Source: an uncultured virus (IMG/VR IMGVR_UViG_3300028886_000092) (Duplodnaviria > Heunggongvirae > Uroviricota > Caudoviricetes). Taken from it: a stretch of DNA of 20,000 nucleotides. Location: IMG/VR virus record IMGVR_UViG_3300028886_000092; one strand, written 5' to 3'. The notes under the pieces are model-generated. The model ran no database searches. It saw only the letters and a list, made by a program, of their open reading frames with translations, and was not told the origin of the DNA. The position numbers and the translations under genes were made by a program. This document shows positions 15,301 through 20,000 of the stretch, piece after piece (positions within the stretch are counted from its first letter, which is position 1; every line of letters starts with the position of its first letter).

Positions 15301-18300
15301 TTGTACCCTGCGTATGGGTTGGTGTAACCCGTCTGAGGGTCGGGCAGCTTGTTCGGGTCAACCTCTGCGTCAACAGTCTGACCACCATCATTGTCCTTGC
15401 CGTTGCAGGTATCGCAGTCATAGACCTTATTCAGATACATGCGCATTGCGAGCATTCCGGTAGTGGAGTCGCTTGCCTGATTGTCGGCATTGTAGTACAC
15501 ACCGTCCACAACCTTACAGCCATCCTCCAGGAACCACATGGGCTGCATGTTCTTGGCCCTCTGGTCAACGGCTGCACAATAGTCCGTGAACACGTCGTAA
15601 GAGAGGCAGGAGTATGGGGAAGCGTACTTGTAGAGGTCTGTCTTCCACAGAGCGAGACGCGCTGCGCCGTTGTCGCCGTCCTCATCCTTGTAGGTGTCGT
15701 AGTCGCAACTGTCGCAGAACTTCATCCAACGGTAGAGGTTGTAGGGAACCTTCTTTCCGAGGGCGTAGGCTATAGCCAGATTATCGTCATCAACCAGGCA
15801 TTCATAGTAGTACGTCCAGGCAGGAACTGTCTCTACGGAAATGTCGCCACCGTCGATAAGGGCTTGCACCCACTTCGAGAACGATGTGGAGGGTGCCATC
15901 ATGTCTGCAACAGACGAAACGCCCTTGAACCAGTCCATGCCCTGATAGTTCAGAAGCTCGAAGCCGTCAGTCGGGTTGACAACAGATCCTGTGACAGTCC
16001 ATTTGCCGTTAGCGTTCTGGACCATCGAGCCGCTTTGCTCCACCCACTGGCTGCCGTTGTGCTTCATCACCTTGTAGCTGCTGCCGCAATACTGGGTGAG
16101 TACATAGGTGGCTTCTGTGTCAAGGCCATTAGTAGCAAGGAAACGGGTCTTGGTCTGTGCCAGCGTCTCATTGCTCAGACCGTAAAACTCTATGAAGTCG
16201 CCATAGTTCAGACAGCCCTTGTTATATCCTGGCACATCGTTGAAGCCAAGTGCCACCTGTTCCTTCTTGTCTTCCTTCCAGTTGCCCTTTGAATGGAAAT
16301 ACGGGCTGCTGCCAGTATCGCTCTTTGAACGGAACATGGCCACAGGTATATTGGCGGTTGAATGGTTCATTACAAGACCATCCACAACAAGGGTGCCTTT
16401 CTTCCAGGTACCATCGAAGGCTCTCTGCGCAGGGGTCATATAGTTGCGGCCCAAGGCTCTGAAAGTGGCGTTCATCATGTCACAGATGCCGCAGTCATTG
16501 GCATTGGAGCTGTCGCTATAGTCCACCTTCACCGTGATAATATCCACAGGGATGCTGTCATCATGGATCTGTACCTTGTTGATGGCTGCCAGAGCGATTG
16601 CCCTGCGTCCTGCCTCAGTGCTGTCATCGGGGTTCAGCAGCGTGATCGTCGTGCCGCCCGTCTTGTTCACCTTGTCATAGGTTGAACCTTTCTTCTGTGC
16701 CAGATAGTAGCGAGGGTTCTTGACAGGGCGCTGGGCTGACGTGGTGCCCTGGTTCCTTCGTGCAACGTCACGGGCAACAAAGTTGGTCCAGGGACGTGCA
16801 GGGTCTATATAGTACAGGGTCACATAGATCTGGTCTTTCGTCGATACGGTTCTATCAAGGCCCTCGATGTCGGAGCCGTTGAAAGGACACTCGATGATGT
16901 AGGCCATACCCCTGTCTGCCAGCTCTGATGCCTGAGGGCGCAGTTTCGTGGTCTGTATGCCAAGTTCCGTGACAGCCTGTGAAGCCATCACACCCTCGAA
17001 GTCGTACTCAGTCACCATGTCACCGGTGTCGGTCAGCTTCACAAGGTAGTTCTGGAAAGCCTGGTCAAACTGGAAGTAGTCTTCCCATGCCATCATATAG
17101 AACAGGTAGAAGTCGCCCTGAGTGCCGTTGAAGGTGATGTTCTGCTCCTGGATCAGATTGCTCTGTCCTGCCACATAGCCGATGACGGCCACTTCTTCAC
17201 CGTTCAGATAGAGCTTGATGAAGTAGTAGGTGGTACCACTACGGGTCTGTCCCAAGCCTTCTGCCGCAGGTTCAACCACGACGGCAACAGTCACCTTCTC
17301 ACCCTGTCTGTAGGCGCGTTCCTCAACATGGTTGGAAAGACCTGTTGAACAGTAGATGCCTACTGCCTTACCTGTGACATAGAAGCCTGCACCTACACCC
17401 TCATGATAGCATTGCATCAGAACAGCATTGTCATCAACCAGGTTCTTTGAGGCAAAGGCAAACTGGATGGCAAGACCGTTGGCCTCTATCGATGTGGGCT
17501 TGAAAGGCTGGTGGTTCAGGACGGCTGTCACGTCCTCTGCAATTCTAAGGCACTTCTCGCCCAGGAACGTGCGGAAGCCGGTAGTGCTCCAGTTCGAGCC
17601 GCTGACGGCTATCGTCTTGCCGCCGCTGGTGATGGTGTGGTCGCTCTCTTCATTGCTGCGGTTCGAGAAGTCGAAGGCATAGATGGCACCGCTCTTCAAT
17701 GCGGCATCAATCACCGTGCCGCTCACAAGGAACGTCGCTTCTGTGCCGTATGCAGCGCCCACGCCCACCTTCACGATATGCGAGAAGGTGCCGTCACTCA
17801 CTACGCCTGTCACCTGATGGGTATAGGTGTATGAGGTTGAGCGGTAGGCCGTATGGCTCTGAACAGCGTTGCCATCCAGATAGACGGTGGCTGTCGGTGC
17901 ATTGTTCGTCGGGTCATAGACGGCATAGTTCACGGTGATGGTCTCATAGAGCTTCACCGCTGCATTGGCTGTCTCGCAAGTCCAGCTCTCCACCACAAGG
18001 GGCGTTGTGCTGCTCTCATCTATCACGAAGATGCCTGAGTACAGGTAGTTACCCACAACACCCGATGCCACGTCCACGCCATGAACGCGGATGGGATAGG
18101 CACCATGTGACAATACTGAGCCAAGGCAGTTCGTCGGGTCAATGGTGATGCCGTGCGAATAGGTGTCTGATATGACACTGCTGCCAAGCTGCTGCCAGCT
18201 GCCGTTAAGATATATCTCAGTGATGGCCGTGATGCCTCGGTCACTCGCATTGTTCGCAAACTTATACAGGGGGATGCTCTTGGCACCGCCGCCAACTGTC

Positions 18301-20000
18301 AGGGCAGTGCTCTGGGTGTATTGCAGCGTCTGCACGCTCGACACCGTCACGTCAACAGCAGTCACGTTGATATTGCGTGAGCCGGTATTGCCGCCATCGT
18401 CTGTAATCAGGCAGCGGAAACGGCGCACACCAGCTGCTGCGAAATACTGCGAAACGTCCATCACGAAGTCGTAGGTGCTCAGCGAAACAGATGAGGCCTT
18501 ATTGAAGAGGAACGTATCAAGCAGCGTGTTCGTGTCACGGTCATACAGGGCAATGGTGGCAATCGTGTTTTCCTGCTCAGATGAGCCTACAGTGGTCACA
18601 CTTCTCACCGCTGCACGGATGATGAACGAGCCACCGGCATTGCCGTACATGGGGGACTGCTGGAACGCTGCCGTCACGATGGTACCAGAACCGCCACCAC
18701 CGCCGCCAGTGCCGACGGGGAACTGCACTTCGTCACCGATGCCGTCACCTCCGGCATTCTCCAGCTGGAGCTTCACCACGCCCTCAGTCTCGGTGTCAAC
18801 CTTGATGCCGGTTGGGATATGCTCGTATGCGCCGCCTGCTGATAAGGCCTTTTCGCTGTCCTTTTCTGGTTCGTCAGTGACTTCCACATCAGTACCGCCC
18901 CCGAAGTCTTTCCACAAGCCAACCTCGCCGATGTCTGTCACTTCGCCCTGGAACTGCTTGGTCTCCATCTCGTTCTCACCTGTACGGTAGGAAATGATGA
19001 GGCCCTTCTTGGCATAGGTCACGCCAGACTCGTTCTGATAGGCAACAAGTCGGGCAACGGCTGTTTCCAGCGTATAGTATTCACCAGCTATCGGAGCACC
19101 TATCAGGTCATTGATGATGATGTAGGTCTCACTGCCTGCCGCCAGCGATCCAAAGTCTTTCCAGTTGTCTGTGTTGAGCCAGTTGGCTGATGTCACGGTC
19201 TTGCCGATGTACTGGTATGTCTTCCAGATACCTGCCGCAATCTCAAACGAGATAATCAGACCGCTCACGGCCTTCTCTGCATTCCATGCGGCATGAACGG
19301 CTGACAGACCCGTGTTCTGCTGGTCGCATAGAACATAGTAGCCCTGGATAGGCACTTCGTTGGTGGCGTTGAAGATGCTGCTCACGCTGCTGCCGCCAAC
19401 CTCCACCATCTTCGTGCCAGCTGCATCATACATATACAAGCGGTTGCCACAGACATACTGCTTATCTGTGTATGGGAGTCCTGTGCCACTATCCGCATAT
19501 TCATCTTGACCAAGCCACGCATTGTAATACTTGATGTTTAGACCAGAACCTGTACGTATCGCAAAGCAGTTATTATCCTTACACCATACGATGGTAGAGC
19601 CAATCGGTACAAAAGGAAGTCCCACTTGCTCAAAGGTGACGTGCCCCTCGACAATAGCCTCAAAGCGTGATGCATGATGGGCCTTGTCTGACTGCTCTAT
19701 CTCTTCAAACTGGTCATCCATGCCGTCAAGCTTTTCTTTGTCGGCTGCACTCATCAGACCTGCATTGTCTGACGATGCCAGGACATACCCGAAGGCTTTC
19801 TGTACGTGTGAGGGAACCTCACTGCCATAATAACGGCCAACAAAAGTAAACCCGTCGGTTCTACTTTCTGCATTATACACAACACAGTCTTTCACACCGA
19901 TGCCGAAGCCGTCTTCGTTCGTGTCGCCTTTCTTCAGGCAGAACGCAAGCCAATAGGTATCGCCGTCACTCATCGAATAGATGCGTGAGTCAACAGGATA
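12399..20000 (-). CDS. giant DGR target protein (>2530 aa), probable tail/adhesin with C-terminal C-type-lectin-like fold; 5' end is outside the window
   Basis: The frame stays open from 19973 to the window edge (YPVDSRIYSM...). Beta-rich Ig/LamG-like regions, a CotH-like segment, LRR-like repeats, and a C-terminal 'GLEGIVACNYEW...GRVVGR...GARLAF' CLec-type end containing the VR. Confidence 0.9.
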   Translation of the reverse strand, partial: YPVDSRIYSMSDGDTYWLAFCLKKGDTNEDGFGIGVKDCVVYNAESRTDGFTFVGRYYGSEVPSHVQKAFGYVLASSDNAGLMSAADKEKLDGMDDQFEEIEQSDKAHHASRFEAIVEGHVTFEQVGLPFVPIGSTIVWCKDNNCFAIRTGSGLNIKYYNAWLGQDEYADSGTGLPYTDKQYVCGNRLYMYDAAGTKMVEVGGSSVSSIFNATNEVPIQGYYVLCDQQNTGLSAVHAAWNAEKAVSGLIISFEIAAGIWKTYQYIGKTVTSANWLNTDNWKDFGSLAAGSETYIIINDLIGAPIAGEYYTLETAVARLVAYQNESGVTYAKKGLIISYRTGENEMETKQFQGEVTDIGEVGLWKDFGGGTDVEVTDEPEKDSEKALSAGGAYEHIPTGIKVDTETEGVVKLQLENAGGDGIGDEVQFPVGTGGGGGGSGTIVTAAFQQSPMYGNAGGSFIIRAAVRSVTTVGSSEQENTIATIALYDRDTNTLLDTFLFNKASSVSLSTYDFVMDVSQYFAAAGVRRFRCLITDDGGNTGSRNINVTAVDVTVSSVQTLQYTQSTALTVGGGAKSIPLYKFANNASDRGITAITEIYLNGSWQQLGSSVISDTYSHGITIDPTNCLGSVLSHGAYPIRVHGVDVASGVVGNYLYSGIFVIDESSTTPLVVESWTCETANAAVKLYETITVNYAVYDPTNNAPTATVYLDGNAVQSHTAYRSTSYTYTHQVTGVVSDGTFSHIVKVGVGAAYGTEATFLVSGTVIDAALKSGAIYAFDFSNRSNEESDHTITSGGKTIAVSGSNWSTTGFRTFLGEKCLRIAEDVTAVLNHQPFKPTSIEANGLAIQFAFASKNLVDDNAVLMQCYHEGVGAGFYVTGKAVGIYCSTGLSNHVEERAYRQGEKVTVAVVVEPAAEGLGQTRSGTTYYFIKLYLNGEEVAVIGYVAGQSNLIQEQNITFNGTQGDFYLFYMMAWEDYFQFDQAFQNYLVKLTDTGDMVTEYDFEGVMASQAVTELGIQTTKLRPQASELADRGMAYIIECPFNGSDIEGLDRTVSTKDQIYVTLYYIDPARPWTNFVARDVARRNQGTTSAQRPVKNPRYYLAQKKGSTYDKVNKTGGTTITLLNPDDSTEAGRRAIALAAINKVQIHDDSIPVDIITVKVDYSDSSNANDCGICDMMNATFRALGRNYMTPAQRAFDGTWKKGTLVVDGLVMNHSTANIPVAMFRSKSDTGSSPYFHSKGNWKEDKKEQVALGFNDVPGYNKGCLNYGDFIEFYGLSNETLAQTKTRFLATNGLDTEATYVLTQYCGSSYKVMKHNGSQWVEQSGSMVQNANGKWTVTGSVVNPTDGFELLNYQGMDWFKGVSSVADMMAPSTSFSKWVQALIDGGDISVETVPAWTYYYECLVDDDNLAIAYALGKKVPYNLYRWMKFCDSCDYDTYKDEDGDNGAARLALWKTDLYKYASPYSCLSYDVFTDYCAAVDQRAKNMQPMWFLEDGCKVVDGVYYNADNQASDSTTGMLAMRMYLNKVYDCDTCNGKDNDGGQTVDAEVDPNKLPDPQTGYTNPYAGYNSVLFRNIYLQQTVNVDAQGTELSLRTVASAMRSCTATVDGQTLQPFSPEGAYYFFVEARIKRWQKKVSSYDGERKYIDFTSTTANNIYFYALQGLGLTSLPAFIERRWRIRDGFYGTGNFFSGVLSGRVNAPDGATITIKAAKTGYFGIGNDSSGSISESVYLEAGDTHVFTNFSHEEGALLYIYQADRMSMIDLSEITLSNNFDFSVMTLAEEIYIGKVGKVNLTIGAYTLLTNLNLGELPFLKKLDIRDTLITNVVCSSCPRLESLYAAGSQLVRADIADGAKITYLQLPASYNYLKLRYLPNLTSEGLILANAANVTSFIFEECDKIDGMELLRSLITGNSQLRNVRIKTVKASGTGTDLTTIMGMNLGGYDAVGNVSPKPVLIGTYNLTRYYEDEEVEAYNAAFEGLLVKNVQYTAIRFHDTEQDPQNITNLDNNTGYGTGAVYTPSAHILNIWNNMHAVRAKFNEQTGKMEVRQLSDATYLQYADGSEFDPSDRLGEGYDVMMRPGHFWYKGVNDFKNQLKYTFLSSLESRPEASGEYSRSILGRLSPFANMGVNLNNVTIGGIFTDANLQVVSNLMSFAFDVTGMKQIRFPGLNISGYGAVFVDDEDRVTGKFNMSISHSLFDFVDGDYVFTDVPAGSVKCYFCCYQTVSLDTEVIATDSTEIEAIEPDWVEHKDNELMGVYGMYVDNIGRARSISGVVTRRGDGTSATSPEWTYDANGKVTNSVLPSGLHYTCKDFMNVAEMRGPGYQLMDHEQDIIVAQIFWALIGNRHDQDVIGQGTSSGYTTGSTDAIGKSHTSKASGVNKAVGLEGIVACNYEWKGNIAFNVKSWKNFVKNSCNASSADVVDYNFRIYDPISDTERVVPAPSALTGYNVARVKHGRFCDTTPSKLDPSDNSRFITHYCCYGSINGSTGRVVGRAYYYAVAGGGLACTNTYYASSYSSTGFGARLAFRGDIVEVDE
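12435..12548 (-). repeat. DGR variable repeat (VR), 114 bp
   Basis: Encodes TGRVVGRAYYYAVAGGGLACTNTYYASSYSSTGFGARL at the target C-terminus; 18 mismatches to TR, all at TR adenines. Confidence 0.97.

Overview
Gene-dense segment of a temperate Bacteroidales (Prevotella/Bacteroides-type) phage, judged from TTTG-N20-TAnnTTTG promoters and gene families. From left to right it contains: (1) a leftward early recombination/replication operon (start of a probable helicase, NinB-like, SSB, PD-(D/E)XK nuclease, ERF recombinase, Xis-like HTH) behind a long structured non-coding leader; (2) a rightward immunity block (HTH repressor, lipoprotein, tyrosine integrase); (3) the leftward end of the late region (amidase endolysin, holin, a two-gene DUF5053-like cassette, a tail-associated ORF); (4) a complete diversity-generating retroelement (DGR). 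The DGR has an RT with a ~108-aa C-terminal extension, a 114-bp template repeat, and a variable repeat at the C-terminus of a >2530-aa multidomain protein. All 18 TR/VR mismatches lie at TR adenines. The least expected signal is an apparent RNA layer in the lysis/lysogeny switch. A ~75-nt sRNA with its own promoter and terminator lies downstream of the integrase and is complementary to leaders of early lytic genes, while a hairpin loop in the lytic leader is complementary to the repressor start codon region. Family assignments come from motif recognition, not database searches.
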